Below are positions 38,264 through 50,565 of a DNA stretch of 64,000 nt, in pieces. The notes below the pieces were generated by a model. It did no database searches. It worked only from the letters and a program-made list of their open reading frames with translations, and was not told the origin of the DNA. Position numbers and translations under genes: made by a program. This stretch comes from Octopus sinensis (taxonomy: Eukaryota): NCBI RefSeq assembly GCF_006345805.1, contig NC_043005.1:64542001-64606000 (forward strand). Direction: 5' to 3'. Each line of letters starts with the position of its first letter. Within the stretch, counting starts at the first letter, position 1.

Positions 38264-38647
38264 CTGGAGAGCTCAGTGATGATGCATTTTCATCAGGAAG
38301 AACCAAATTCTTCATGCTCCACAAACCCAGTCTCTTTCGTCAAATGTCCTCTCTCAAATGATTCAAAACATCACAGTAGAACTCCAACTAAATGATAATA
38401 ATGATCTCTTTTGTATTAAATAATAATGACAATAAAACTAGCATACAAGCCAGGATGAATTCATCTTATATCACTTTCAAATCTCAGAGCTAATCCCTTA
38501 CACCCGTAGCTCATAATTTTATGTAAAATTACAACAATGTAAAGGTACAATATGTGATACAAATCAGTGCATTAAAGTGTATGTATCAGTATGATAAAGG
38601 AGTCAGTGTGGTAAATACAGATAAAAGTATAATTGATTCATTCTTAC

Positions 38648-38788
38648 CTGTTCTCCAATCAATAAAACTGCTTTACATTGCTTTGCAACCAAATGGATAA
38701 GGAAATCAGTGCGTACATTGTCAATGTTTGGAATTAAGATTGTTGTGTAGTCTGGAGTAGAATCCTTAGGGTATACGTATTGAGTTAT
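38648..38788 (-). CDS. DNAH5: Dynein heavy chain exon (start of AAA3)
   Basis: gatag|ATA; [47 protein letters not shown]; donor CAG|GTAAGA; 141 nt. Confidence 0.95.
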
Positions 38789-38877
38789 CTATCAAAAACA
38801 AAACAACCCAACATAACATGTAGACTTGACAGTGGAGAATAGAAATTATTAAATTATCAAACATCAACAAAAAAAAG

Positions 38878-39181
38878 GATTGCACCTAGAAAGTTACCCT
38901 CCTAGACACAAGTCCGGGCAAGGTTGTTTATGGAAGGCCAGCAGTCGCCCATGCATACCAGCCTCCCCTCTCCACGCCACCAGTGTTAACCAAGGGAAAA
39001 ACAAAAGTCAATACAGCTTGGCACCAGTGACGTCGCAACTCATTTCTACAGCAGAGTGAACTGGAGCAACGTGAAATAAAGTGCCTTGCTCGAGAACACA
39101 ACACGCAGCCCGGTCCGGGATTCGAGCTCACAACCTCACGATCGTAAGCTCGACGCTCTAACCACTGAGCCATGTGCCTTC
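38878..39181 (-). mobile_element. SINE family E (tRNA head)
   Basis: Minus strand gaaggcacatggctcagtggttagagcg...gagctcgaatccc; second copy at 59633-59971. Confidence 0.85.
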
Positions 39182-39283
39182 ACAAACATCAACAAAACCC
39201 AGTTCAGAATAGTACAACAAATTTTATCTGCTGTAATTGTTCAAGCATTTATAATATTTCATTGAGATTGTCTAGTGTTCCTA

Positions 39284-40115
39284 CGAGGTAGTATCAAAAG
39301 GTTCCCGAACTAGTTATATTTAATAAAAAATAACTTATTTACCTAAGTTTTAACATCATCTCCTTTGAAATAGTCACCTTGAACAACAGTATACTATTCC
39401 AGCATTTCTGCCACTTTTAGAATCTGAATCTTGACAACAGTGTTAAAATGGCGACCTTTAAGCTGTAATTTTCATCTTGGAGAAGAGATGGAAGTGCACA
39501 GGGGCTAAATCTGGCCAATAGGACAAGTGTAGAAGTGATACCATGTTGTTTTTGGCGAGAAACTCACAAGCGAGGAGAGCTCAGTGATGATGCGTTGTCA
39601 CCATAAAGAACCAAATTCTTCATGCTCCACAGACCCAATCACTTTTGTCAAATGTCTTCCCTCAAATGCTTCAAAACGTCACAGTAGAACCCTTAATTGA
39701 CAGTCTGGCCCTGGGGAGCAAATTCTCAATACACAATACCACATTTCCATAGATGATGCTCATGGTAGGTCTTCCAGACCACTCATCATCTTCCAGAGAT
39801 GTTCTTCTACTTTTGAAGCACCTGTGCCACTTAAAACATTGTGTACAGCCCATTGCCTCATCGCCATAAGCTTGTTGAAGCATGCTCAATGTCTCTGCAG
39901 CAGACTTCCTAAGTTTAACACAAAATTTCATGTTGGCTCTTTGTCCCAACATTTTGTCCATGACATAAAATCATAGACTTCAGCATACACACGATCATAA
40001 TAACACAAATTTCACAACTTGCAAAGTAAACATAACTATGTCACTCGGCACACTGCCTCATGAAAGTCAGTGCTATGCTACAGAACTAATTCAGGAACCT
40101 TTTGATACCACCTTG
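39284..40115 (-). mobile_element. Third mariner family, internally deleted
   Basis: TA-cgaggtagtatcaaaaggttcc ... ggaaccttttgataccaccttg-TA; ORF QRANMKFCVKLRKSAAET...SLEDDEWSGRP. An orphan fragment lies at 38264-38390. Confidence 0.92.
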
Positions 40116-41317
40116 TAACTATCATACAGGAAAGTTTGCTTCTACTGTTACAATAACACATGGTGAGCTGGCAGAATCGTTAGCACACTGGACGAAATGC
40201 TTAGCGGTATTTCGGTATGTTCTGAGTTCAAATTCCGTTGAGGTCAACTTTATCTTTCATCCTTTTGGGGTCGATAAATTAAGTACCAGTTGCATACTGG
40301 GGTTCATCAAATCGACTGGCTCCCTCCCGCAAAATTTCAGGCCTTGAGCCTATAGTAGAAAGGATTTCTGATGTTGAGAGTATTAATAAAAATGAAACTG
40401 AAGAGAAACATTTTAGAAAGAAAATGACACCATTTAGTGAAGTTTGTAATAAAAATATATCCATCCAGTTTTCAGGACTGGTGCCAGGGCCAGAAATTAT
40501 ACAGATATCATCCGGTTGAAGTGACTTGGATTACATTTTTATTGGGTAATAGCATCCATGGTCACTGAGTCTACAAATGCTAACAGTAATATAACAGAAA
40601 CTTGATGACTGTGGTCATTGACCTCTGTCCAGCATTATGTAAATGTTGCCATTAGTCAGTGGAGGACTTTTTTATTGAGATTACACATCCACCATGCTGC
40701 TTCCCATGGCTTCACCTGTGACCCTAGTTGGGTGGCTGTTTGGTGCTATGCCTAATTGCTAGGCAACACTGTTTGGTCTAGCATGGCTTATTTCTATATT
40801 CAATACTGAAGCCCTATATCTTTTGACCATTTCCCTTTTTGTCAATTGTCCTAGTCATGTAGCCTACTGATTAGGATTCCTGATTTAATCAAGTCCCAGA
40901 CAGAACACAGAAATAGTATTTTCAAATATACTTTACACTATATATTTATGGAGAATGGAGAATTATAAGCTGAAAAAACAAATAAGCAGAAGATAAATGG
41001 AATATCATGTTCATGAATGATGAGTCATAAATGAAGATGAGAGGAAACCCTTTGACATTTTAATGGAAATATGTTCAACAATATATTAGGATCCATGCTG
41101 AACCAGAGACTTGTACTAATTATCGAACTTGGATAAAAAAATTTAAACGTAAGTTTGTTTTATTGATAAAACTCAAAGAACTATTTTTAGACAGGAACAA
41201 AACTTTATCTAGTGTAGTTTTTCTTACTTATATAATCTATACAGGAAAGTTTCCATTGATGAAGCCATGGTTGGTTATAAAGAATTTAAGAATTCCTACA
41301 GTATATTCCACTAAAAC

Positions 41318-42073
41318 CTTCAATGTTGTTGTTGTTGTTGTTCAGGTCACTGCTTGGAATCAAATTCAGAATCTTGGGGTTAGTAGCCTGTGCTCTTAAC
41401 CACTATGCCATATGCTCGTGGGCAATTATTAAGTGAATTTTAGGGCTTATAAATCTAATATTTTTTCTATCCTTCCTTCATAACTGCACTCGGTCTGCTT
41501 AGGAGGTTGTTGTGTCCTAGCATATGTGCTGCTTCTTTTAGTGTTCTTATTTTCCCGTAGTGTTCTCTGTCTATTATTTGAACTTCACCCCACAGGGGGA
41601 GGTGGTCTCTATTTTTCCATACATGATCAGCTATACCCAACTTATCAATATCTCCTCATGTCACAGCTTTGCAATGTTGGTCTACTCTTATTTTGAGGGT
41701 GCGGCATGTTTTACCTTTGTATAACCTACCACAGCTGCATGGGATGGAGTACACGCAGTCTTTGGTCATATTCTCCTCTATTGGTGGTTTTACTCGAAGG
41801 AGATATTTGGAAAGTGTTGTATTACTCTTGAATACTGTCCTGGTGTCATATGGGCTGCATATCATTTGTATCTTTTCGGAGAGGCCTTTGACACAACGTA
41901 GACAGACTGTGGAGAGTTTATTGGTCCCATCCTCACTCTTCTTCATAATTGGAGTGGATAGTATACTTTTGGGGCAGTTGTTGCTTAACAGACCATTATA
42001 TGTGGCGTAGTGGTTAAGAGCATGGGCTACTAACCCCAAGATTCCAAGCTTGATTCCAAGCAGTGAGTTGAAC

Positions 42074-42107
<34 letters not shown>

Positions 42108-42295
42108 TCGAAAATACCTTAGGAATGAGAACTGAGATTCAAAATTTCCCCAAGACACACGAAGAAGGCTGGAGAGTATATCAGCCGAAACTTGTTAACA
42201 ACAAACAAGATGAGGACAAATATCCATTGAATGTAAATAATGTAAATAATGTAAATAATGCACATAATTCCTTATCTCTTAAATATAGAACTGTA
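41318..42295 (-). mobile_element. Penelope-like element remnant: GIY-YIG endonuclease with inverted terminal copy
   Basis: YVKGLSEKI-like linker and CVYSIPCSCGRLYKGKTCRTLKIRVDQH; 41330-41415 is the reverse complement of 41998-42075. Confidence 0.88.
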
Positions 42296-42770
42296 TTACA
42301 TAACTGTTATTCAAAAAAGATTGAATTTGATTGAATAAGATGTAGGAAGATGAAATTAAATGCTGCAATAAATTCAACATAACTCTAGTATCTTGGTTAA
42401 TTCTACCACTTCATTATGTATTATTTTTAATCATGTGAAAAAGTGGTACCTATTCCAGAATAGATGTTTAGTCATCACAAGTGGAGCACTCATTTTGCTG
42501 TGCTTAGATTTTGCCAGAGTATGTCATTCCACTTCTGTTCTAAGATCATTAAATAAATACCAGTACCAGAGTTAGTTATATTCAACTGACTGTTATGTTT
42601 ATCTTATGAAGCTTTTCACCTCATTGATATTGTCATTAGGGTCTGAGCTCAAGTTCTTCTTTGGATAAACTTTAACATATAGTTCTATCATGCATGCGTC
42701 ATATGCTTCTGAAAATATGTCTTATGTTGAATAAGATGAAATATTGTTCTTGCAAGCCTGACTTACTTAC

Positions 42771-42887
42771 CCTCTCAGACCAATGTTCCCACATTCCTTT
42801 ATCAGACACAACATATTCAAATATTGTTTGTGATTCTGTGACGGGTGGCAATGGTATCGAAAAGCTTTCTTTCCAAAATATCTCAAG
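42771..42887 (-). CDS. DNAH5: Dynein heavy chain exon
   Basis: ttttag|CTT; LEIFWKESFSIPLPPVTESQTIFEYVVSDKGMWEHWSER; donor AGG|GTAAGT; 117 nt. Confidence 0.9.
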
Positions 42888-43033
42888 CTAAAAGATTTAA
42901 ACAGAAATTTTGAAGAAATAAATAAAAATTATGATTATGTATTTTTTTTAAAGACACTTGATGTGAAATTGTGTGTTGAAACAGATATTGTTATATATTG
43001 GAGAGGGTCATATTTTTCCAAACTATTATCATT

Positions 43034-43135
43034 AACCTGAAGATTGACTATAATCTTAATTTGAATTTATTTCAATTGAATTTAAACTTAATTCTAATTT
43101 GAATTTAATTGTAGCCATGAAACGTACGTAGTGTT
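43034..43135 (+). ncRNA. Hammerhead-like motif with intact core and long stem II
   Basis: AAC-CUGAAGA-U-UGACUAUAAU...AUUGUAGCCA-U-GAAA-C(GUAC)G-UA^-GUGUU; helix I is weak. Confidence 0.65.
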
Positions 43136-43667
43136 TTTACTTATATATTTATCATTCCTTTTATACTTTTTGAGATCTAGTTATAAGTTATATATTTAAA
43201 AAACAATAAAAAAAATTTATATATATATAAAATTTGTTATTTATGTATTGGTTTATATCTATCACTGTTTGAGTTGCATAATAGTGGTTTTATCTCTAAT
43301 TCATAATTTATATATATATATATATTTGATCTTCACTTCAACTTTATTATTACTATCATTATTATTTAAATAGAATGAGCAGAACAGGAAGAGACTTGCA
43401 GGATATAGATTCACTGAAGATGATGAAAGACCTTTGACAAAGAAACTAAAATAATTATAATAAAGCTGAAGTGAAGACCAAATGTATAGTGTGTGTGTGT
43501 GTGTTTAATTGGCAAAATATGGCCATCCCCAAGTATAACAATAAATAAAAGATAATTTCCTGTTAGCATTATGAAATCACAATGATATTGCTTTGTTGCT
43601 CTGGCATCAGACACTCTGTTTGTTGAAGTACAAAGCTAACACTAGTTGTCAACTAGTTAGACACATA

Positions 43668-44058
43668 GACGCGGGAGTGGTTGTGTGGTAAGTAGCTTGT
43701 TTACCAACTACATGGTGATGGGTTCAGTCCCACTGTGTGGCACCTTGGGCAAGTGTCCCCTACTATAGCCTCGGGCCTTGTGAGTGGATTTCGTAGACGG
43801 AAACTGAAAGAAGCCCATCGTATAAATGTATGTATATATGTATGTGTGTGTATATGTTTGTGCGTCTGTGTTTGTCCCCCTGACATCGCTTGACAACCGA
43901 TGCTGGTGTGTTTACATCCCCGTAACTTAGCGGTTCGGCAAAAGAGACCAATAGAATAAGTACTAGGCTTCCAAAGAATAAGTCCTGGGGTCGATTTGCT
44001 CGACTAAAAGGCGGTGCTCCAGCATGGCTGCAGTCAAATGACTGAAACAAGTAAAAGA
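43668..44058 (+). mobile_element. SINE family A, full length
   Basis: Aligns with 15621-16042. Confidence 0.9.
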
Positions 44059-44623
44059 CACACACACACACACACACACAAACACACAAACACACACACA
44101 CACCAGGCTTCTGTGCAATTTGTTTCTAGTAAATTCACTCACAAGGTATTTGGGACTTTTATAGAAGAAGCCCAAACTACCATGCTGTAGGACAGGACCG
44201 TAAAGTGAGCTTCTGAACCGCATGGCCTGTTTTGCTCTTATAATATTTTATATTAATCTTTCATGACATGCTACAAAGTGACAAAGCGACTAGCATAAAT
44301 TCTGTCTTTGTCTTATGATGCTGTTCAAAAGTTTACTGGTCTCATGCAAAGGCAAAGTCAACAGAGGTCATGGAGATATTTCAAGGCAAATTTAATGATG
44401 TTACTAATGAAATCTGTATGAACTTAATTGATAAAAAAAACAAGTACCCAACTATCTCTAAATTTTATCTAGCTGACTTCTATCTTTTATCTTTTATCTT
44501 TTACTTGTTTCAGTCATTCGACTGTGGCTGTGCTGGAGCACTGCCTTTAGTCAAGCAGACTGATAGCTTAGTTAAGCCTATATACAGAAAAATCAACTGG
44601 GAATGAGAGTGTGTTAATCTCCC

Positions 44624-45037
44624 TCTTTACTCTTTTACTCTTTTTCTAGTTTCAGTCATTTGACTGTGGCCATGCTGGAGCACCGCCTTTAGTCAAGCAC
44701 ACCGACCCCAGGACATATTCTTTGTAAGCCTAGTATTTATTCTATCAGTCTCTTTTGCCAAACAGCTAAGTAACAGGGACGTAAACACACCAGCATCGGT
44801 TGTTAAGCAATGTTGGGGGGACAAACACAAACACATAAACACACACACACATACATATATATATACATATATACGATGGGCTTCTTTCAGTTTCTGTCTA
44901 CCAAATGCACTCACAAGGCTCTGGTCGGGCTGAGGCTATAGCAGAAGGTACTTGCCCAAGATGCCATGCAGTGGGACTGAACCCGGAACCATGTGGTTTG
45001 CTAAGCAAGCTACTTACCACATAGCCACTCCTGCGCC
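44624..45037 (-). mobile_element. SINE family A, full length
   Basis: Reverse complement of the family A pattern. Confidence 0.9.
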
Positions 45038-45653
45038 TGTAGAATTCTACTCCTGTAGAATTTTTTTTTTGTTACGTTCTGTTATACACCATGTGGGCAA
45101 AAGCAGTTGACCTCTGAGAAAAGCCCACAAAACTGGAAGTCCCTTTACTAGCTAGGTCATAGTGAAATTCCTTTCTACAGTTCATCTGTTATCAGTCCTC
45201 GGGCAGTGCTCTACAGACTTCCATTTTGTACTATGTACATATATTATTTATATTTGAAGAATGTGCACAAATATCTCTTAATTTAAACATACACACAAGT
45301 TATTCATGCATAAAATGAGCATATATTCACATGTATATACACTCAAATAATTGATGTAAAGCATAATAACATGTCTCATACTATAGATAATGTTAGTAGA
45401 CTTTCAGTCTTCAAATTTTCTTAAATGTTAATATCATATGCCTCAATACCACAACAGTAAAAACATCTATATGCACTAAGAATTACTTGCCTAATAAATA
45501 CAAGTAATGATAACAAGCATTCACTAAAACTGTAATGTATTTATATATTTATTTATAAACACACACACACACACTTACATAAGTTGAGAATTATACAGGA
45601 GAAAATTACACCGACTTGCAGGTATACATACAGATTTGACTAATAACATCAGA

Positions 45654-46362
45654 TATGTATGTATGTATGTATGTATGGATGGATGGATGGATGTGTATGT
45701 GTGTATGTGTGTGTGTATTTGTGTGTGTGCATGTATTTTTTTCTCTAGTTTCAGCTCAGAGCTGCGGCCATGCTGATGCACCGTATGTATATATGTATGC
45801 ATGCATGTATGGATGGATGTATGTGTATGTATGTATGTGTATGTGTGTGTGTATTTGTGTGTGTGCATGTATGTATATATGTATGCATGCATGTACAGAT
45901 GGATGGATGTGTACGTGTATGTATGTGTGTGTGTGTGTATTTGTGTGTGTGCATGTATGTATATATGTATGCATGTATGTATGTATGTATGTATGTATGC
46001 ATGTATGCATGTATGGATGGATGTGTATGTATGTATGTATGTGTGTGTGTATTTGTGTGTGTGCATGTATGTATATATGTATGTATGCATGTACAGATGG
46101 ATGGATGTGTACGTGTATGTATGTATGTGTGTGTGTATTTGTGTGTGTGCATGTATGTATATATGTATGCATGTATGTATGTATGGATGGATGTGTATGT
46201 ATGTATGTATGTATGTGTGTGTGTATTTGTGTGTGTGCATGTATGTATATATGTATGTATGCATGCATGCATGCATGCATGTATGTATGTATGTTGTATG
46301 TATGTATGTATGTATGTATGTATGTATGTATGTATGTATGTATGTATGTGTGTGCATGTATG

Positions 46363-46396
<34 letters not shown>

Positions 46397-46620
46397 TGTA
46401 TGTATGTGTATGTATGTGTGTGTGCATGTAAGTATGTATGTATGTGTGTGTGCATGTATGTATATATGTATGCATGCATGTATGTATATATGTATGCATG
46501 CATGCATGTATGTATATATGTATGCATGCATGTATGTATGTATGTATGTATGTATGTATGTATGTATGTATGTATGTATCTAAGCATATATGAATGTATG
46601 CATGCATGTATGTATGTACA
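45654..46620. repeat. Compound (TATG/TG/GATG/CATG) microsatellite with ~90-135-bp higher-order blocks
   Basis: Recurring gtgtgtatttgtgtgtgtgcatgta block; this repeat produces the long six-frame ORFs. Confidence 0.95.
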
Positions 46621-46658
46621 GTTTGCCAAGCTAACTATAAATAAATGGTAAATACAAC

Positions 46659-46823
46659 CTTTAATCTGTCATCAAGTTCCAGCAAAGAACCTAGGGACCA
46701 CATCAATGCGAAAACAACAATATTTTGAAGTTTTTCGGTAGCTATATCTTTCAATTCTTCCTCTCCAGGCAGATATCCTTCCATAATTGTTAGGGCTTGT
46801 GCAACATAATTGCATTCAAGCAG
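46659..46823 (-). CDS. DNAH5: Dynein heavy chain exon
   Basis: tacag|CTG; LLECNYVAQALTIMEGYLPGEEELKDIATEKLQNIVVFALMWSLGSLLELDDRLK; donor AAG|GTTGTA; 165 nt. Confidence 0.9.
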
Positions 46824-47169
46824 CTGTATATTTAAAAAAAAACCCAGTTATAACAACAACAGTGACAAGTAATATCAATAATTTTTCAATTATCACATGT
46901 ATGTTCACTTTTAATTGTTTTTTTTCATTACATGTAGCAGTTGCAAAATAAAAGCAACACTGACTGTTTTCTGCAAGAATGAGCAAAACCTCAAATAAAA
47001 AAACTTCTCGCAATAAATTTTAAAGGAGATAACTGTCATAGAGACATCAGTGCTGCATTTAACCAGTTGGGATGCTGGATCACAAAAAAAAAAAAAGATC
47101 TTTATTTTAGAAAGATTAATTTAATTCTGAATTACAAGGATCCATAGGATAATTTTTATTTTGGAGAAC

Positions 47170-47460
47170 CATCCAAACATGGCCATTGCCAGCAGCGCCT
47201 CGACTGGCCTCCGTGCCGGTGGCACATAAAAAGGACTAACCAATTGTGGCCGTTGCCAGCCTCGCCTGGCACCTGTGTCAGTGACACGTAAAAAGCACCC
47301 ACTACACTCATGGAGTGGTTGGCATTAGGAAGGACATCCAGCTGTAGAAACACTGCCAGATCAGACTGGGCCTGGTGCAGCCTCCTGGCTTCCCAGACCC
47401 CGGTGGAACTGCCCAACCCATGCTAGCATGGAAAGCGAACGTTAAACGATGATGATGATG
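47170..47460 (+). mobile_element. RTE-tail repeat (family C)
   Basis: Ends gttaaacgatgatgatgatg. Confidence 0.88.
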
Positions 47461-48917
47461 TAGAATAAAGAGGATCAGTGAAACCAGTTATCTAGATAAG
47501 ACATTGCTCTACTGCTTGCTGCATTTTCTGTGGATGCAACCACAGGCTAATTAATCACTTCTCAGGATTGCTGCTGCTCATAACAAATGAGTTAGATCAA
47601 GTGCAGCATTTTGGTAGAGCTAGGTTGATCCACTTATTTGTTGCTAGTTACATATCATGCCGTAGGCATGCAACAGCAACAGTGATGAGATACAGAGTAT
47701 AATTTAACATTTGGTTGTCTGTCACTGATCCACACTAATTTGTTCCAGTTGGATCAGGTGAAAACTGGCTGCAGGGTTCACTGATTACTTTTAAGGGAGA
47801 CCAAAAAAATTTTAACCAGAATATTTCAATATCTTGTGAAATTCTTTAAATTATTTAGCTCATGCAATATAGAAAAACAGGAAAAATAAAAAATTAAATT
47901 CTATAATCTTAAAGATGATGCATCCTGTAAATTAAATTCCAAAACCTATGCATAGAACGAGGAAATAATTTATTATCATATTAGCTTTAGCTGACACAAT
48001 GAACACTGCTAATCCCTATAATGATGTCAATAAAGCCTTATTCAATATAAGGTAGTCATTAAACTCAACAAAATGTTTCTTTATACATATGCAGTTTTAA
48101 CAATAGATCAATATAAATACGATACATAATATTTTCTTAGAGCATTGCTTTAAAGGTGATCAGCTCTTGTAACACATTACTCTAACCTATTTATTTTTCA
48201 TGATATTTTTGATATTTTTTCAAAACTAATCTTCATTTTTAACTATCTTTCATCACATTTTGTCAGCAAAAGCTGACTAAAATTTGATTGATTGTTTATT
48301 ACAAATCTGACTCTAAGGAAAATTTTTGAAACAATATTCATTAAAATGTCCTTCATAACTATTATCAAGCTGATTCATATAATATGAAAATTTAGAATCT
48401 ATTTTTCTGTTTATGTGTACTTTGAATCTTGTGAAAATAGTTGATTGCAACACGAAAGTACGTGGACTCATATACTCTCAAATATTTACGTCTTTTAAGT
48501 AAAATCCCTTCCAGTAAATTTCTGGGTTCTGGAATCCTTATTTGTTATCAAAAGGATAGTTTTATTTTTCTTCCATTCACAAAAAGGAACCAACAGAATA
48601 CAACATATGTTCACAAATAAGCACACAGTTATACTTACGAAAATAGACACCTCCCCCACCCACCCTCACATATAGAATCACACATACATGTATGGACATA
48701 TTCACAAGACACATGTGCTTATGTGTTGTAAGACTGATAGAGAAAGAAACAGAGAGGCAGAGATAGGTAGATGGAGAAATAGACAGATAAATAGGTAGGT
48801 AGGTAGGTAGGTAGGTAGAGTGTGTATGTGTGTGTGAGGTTATTTGTTACATATATATACATAATAGTAAACAAACAAACAGCTAATATTCCCCCACCTC
48901 CACCCAAAACACACATA

Positions 48918-50565
48918 CAGTGGCGCCATTTAATTAAGAACATTAGTATACTAATGTCAAAATGCCATTTTTTATATTTTTTAAAGTTTTATATCAAAAT
49001 ACAGTAAATTTCACAAGCTTTAATACAGTATACAACTTTACAGCATAACATCAACATATTAATTTTAAATTAAAAATAAATTTTAATTATTGTAATTATA
49101 GCGCCATTTAATTTAAGAATGATTTGTAAAATTTTCTATTTTTGCCTTAAAATGTTTATTCTGAGATCAACAACAAAAAAAAAACAATAAGCTCACACAA
49201 TCAGTATTTATTGTTGGATATCCAAAATTACTTAATACAGTTTTGTATCTGCAAAACATAGAATTGTTCAGATCATTTAATGCTGTTCCTGAAATTTTTT
49301 TCCCAATTTTAGCTAATAATATTTACAAAAAAACCATCCTTATTCTTTAGCTTACTACTTTGCACAGCTTTACCCAACCTTTCCCAAAGATTTTCGATGG
49401 GATTTAGGTCAGGTGACTGTGCCAGCCACTGCATCAACTGAATTCTCTTAGACCTAATGTAATCTCTGACTAGATGCGAGGCGTGTTTGAGGTTGTTGTC
49501 ATGCTGGAATGTCCAAGATCGGCCCAAATGCTTTCAGGCGTATGGAAGCATAGTCTTCTCCAATATTTCTAGATAGGATTTACTATCCATAATGCCCTTG
49601 ATTCTTATTATAAGACCATCACCTTTTCCATCTTTTCTCAACATTCCCCCCCCCCAACACCATCACACTTCCACTACTGTGCTTAATTATAGGCTGGATG
49701 CATTCTGGATGATATTCTTCGCCTATATGCCTTCTTACATACTTCCTGCCATCACTACTGGACAAGTTCAACTTTGACTCATCCAACCACAACACATTCG
49801 ACCAATCTGCTGGGCTCCAATTCAAATGCTCTTTTGCAAACTGCATTCGGTACATCGATTTTTTAAAGAAATGTATGGCTTTTTGCAAGAGACTCTTCCT
49901 AGAAGTTCAAATTCTTTGAGATGTTTTTTTTTATGGTGGACACACCAATGGTATGTCCATGTTTTGCCCAGTTTCTTTTAAAATGACAACAACAGTCATT
50001 TTTCATTTTTTGGGGGACAGTCTATGAATGTATATATCCATTCTTGTGGTTGGTTGCTTTTCTTGGTTTCTCAGGCTGAGAGTGGTCTTTATAATCATTA
50101 GTTTCTTTACAAAGACGAACAGCATTGTAGACGACTGTTTTAGAGCAGCTAACTACGTTTGAAATAGATTTTATATGACCATTTCAGCCAACTAAGCTGA
50201 GTGATCCTCAGTCTGGGTTCTGGTATTAAGTTTTGTCTCTTACTCATCACAACTATTAAGTAACTTAAAAATTGTAACAGCATTCAAATTACCCAACATT
50301 TATATTAGTCAATAAGGAAAAAAAAAATGAAATTTTGCAAATTGTTCTTAAATTAAGTGGTGACGTAAATTACGCAAAATAAAGTTTATTTCTAATTCAA
50401 AGTTAATATGTTGATGTTATGCTGTAAAGTTGCATACCATATTAAAGCTCATGAAATTTTCTTTATTTTGATGTACATCTTTATTCACAATTTATAACTT
50501 GAATATACAAAAAATTTCATTTTAGCATTAGTATATTAATGTTCTTAAATTAAATGACACCATTG
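48918..50565 (-). mobile_element. Tc1-like element with long IR/DR-type TIRs, defective
   Basis: TA-cagtggcgccatttaa ... ttaaatgacaccattg-TA; ~210-230-bp TIRs; transposase remnants VLWLDESK, FQHDNNLKH, QSPDLNPIENLW. Confidence 0.93.

Noticed and set aside
39110-39181. tRNA gene candidates here and at 9380-9449, 42001-42070, 53200-53271
   Set aside because: They have A and B boxes but continue into repeat bodies and lack clean acceptor stems, so they are element heads.
45575-46651. Six overlapping 258-318 aa ORFs
   Set aside because: Translations of a microsatellite with no stop codons; not protein-coding evidence.
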